A DNA stretch of 63,864 nt, filler included, from Reclinomonas americana ATCC 50394 (taxonomy: Eukaryota), in NCBI GenBank assembly GCA_048213135.1. It is 7 parts of 3 records of this genome, joined end to end, with 100 filler letters (N's around TTAATTAATTAA, not from the genome) between each part and the next. Parts side by side here need not be neighbours in the genome. Positions count along the whole stretch, not along the records: positions 62,719 to 63,864 come from PS015339.1; 6 more parts are not named here. The stretch is one strand, 5' to 3'. The position numbers were made by a program, and so were the translations under genes. The notes below the pieces were generated by a model. It did not search any database. It had not been told where the DNA came from and was given only the letters and a program-made list of their open reading frames with translations. Shown here piece by piece: positions 62,719 to 63,864 of this stretch. The stretch's first letter is position 1; every line of letters begins with the position of its first letter.

Positions 62719-63740
62719 CCGCTGCACCACGCATCGCAGCGTTGACCAGAGCCGGATTCGGAGCCACCAGATCCCACAGTGCTTGCATGTGGTGCAGCCA
62801 TTCGATGCTGGAGGGAGCGCGGTGAGTCGACGCACAAGCATGCTCGCCGATGACAGCTGCAAACCTCAACGACGGTGACTTGCGAAAGTCCTCACAGCAC
62901 ACCAGCGTCTCCACCGCTGTCACTGCCGCCGATCGCTCCTGCCGTATCCACCCGACAAAGAACTGCATGAGGGCGGCAACAAGTGCATCATCTGCGAGGC
63001 ACGACCCTTGATGAGAGGACGTTAGGAAATGAAGACTGCGAGCACAGCACTCGACTTGAATCGCCGCCGCGTCTCGGCATATCCAGTGCATTGCGTTGTG
63101 TTGGGTCATCCGAGAAAAGCTCAGTGAACACCTGCGATGAGAACCGAGCATTAGAAGCCGCAGAGATAACGGACGACACCTACGCCGTGACGCACTGTTC
63201 GATCCCACGCTCGCAGATGTGTGCGCACCAGCACCAGTGCCGACAAGAGAGCGCTCTCCTGCGTTCGCGAGAGTGAATGAGTGGATGCTGAGAGAGGAGG
63301 AGGTATCACCGTCTTACCATTGTCAGTGGCGGCGCAGATGCCTCGTCGTCAAGCCTGCAAAGGGGAGCAGCAGCTGTGATAGAGGTGATCGTCGTTGTTG
63401 TCGTAGAGTTCACTGTTTCCGGTATGCGAGGCGGCGGAACTGGAGCAATCACCAATGGCTGCGGTTGCGGTGGTGACGGAGGGGAAGGTGCAGCGGGTTC
63501 CTCGTCCCACGGTCCCTCCAGCACATCGAGCAGTGCCACTGACCATCGCGAAGGTGAGAGACTCGAAGAAGAAGCAGGACTGTCCAACAAAGAAATGCAC
63601 CTTCTGGACACGCCGTCGGCGTCTCACGCAGCCGTGCGCACAGCTGGCGCACTTGCTGGGCCAACGGGCCGTCGGGGTGCTGCTGCAGGAGAGTGCGGCC
63701 ACACACGGAGAGTGAGCGGGCGGCGAGGGTGGTCACACGC
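62719..63740 (-). CDS. Hypothetical protein fragment(s)
   Basis: Coding-like exons (ALLDVLEGPWDEE..., VFTELFSDDP..., ALMQFFVGWIRQE...HMQALWDLV) with GT/AG boundaries; no family recognised. Confidence 0.4.
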
Positions 63741-63864
63741 TGTGCCAGTTCAAGGCACAGGTTGGAGGCCAGGGGTTCGGTGGTTGGTTGGGTGATTTGG
63801 TGGAGGCCGGATTGGTAGCTGGCGAAGGGGAAAGGGGGGTGAGGGAGAGGCGGAAGGGGGGGGG

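Overview
GC-rich, intron-dense nuclear DNA from a eukaryote, probably a flagellated heterotrophic protist. It is a gappy draft assembly in which pieces are joined by artificial N-TTAATTAATTAA-N linkers. About 22 tightly packed spliced genes can be reconstructed by eye: DIS3L2-like RNase II/R, mannose-6-phosphate isomerase, Pol I subunit RPA49, a CLASP 5' end, CNOT1, an SRP14 last exon, a secreted GH16 glucanase, an AlkD-type DNA glycosylase, a CRT10-like WD40 protein, an ABCG transporter, RPL23/uL14, AKTIP/FTS, a BI-1-like membrane protein, an NT-C2+Dilute protein, an ankyrin+PH protein, a CDKL kinase and several hypotheticals. Two things stand out. (1) A two-intron nuclear gene (55716-57014) encodes a bacterial type II secretion/type IV pilus GspE/PilB-family ATPase with a presequence-like N-terminus, so it is a candidate component of a mitochondrial T2SS-derived machinery. 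(2) A second class of 5' splice site recurs across the window: GTTGCGT, which is the normal GTGCGT/GTGAGT donor with an extra T at +3. It is inferred at about 20 introns in 12 genes, almost always after a non-G exon end. Also present are 6-nt and 13-nt microexons in conserved motifs, a GC-AG intron, an inverted contig and a duplicated CNOT1 block. All gene models and family assignments are by-eye inferences; no searches were run.
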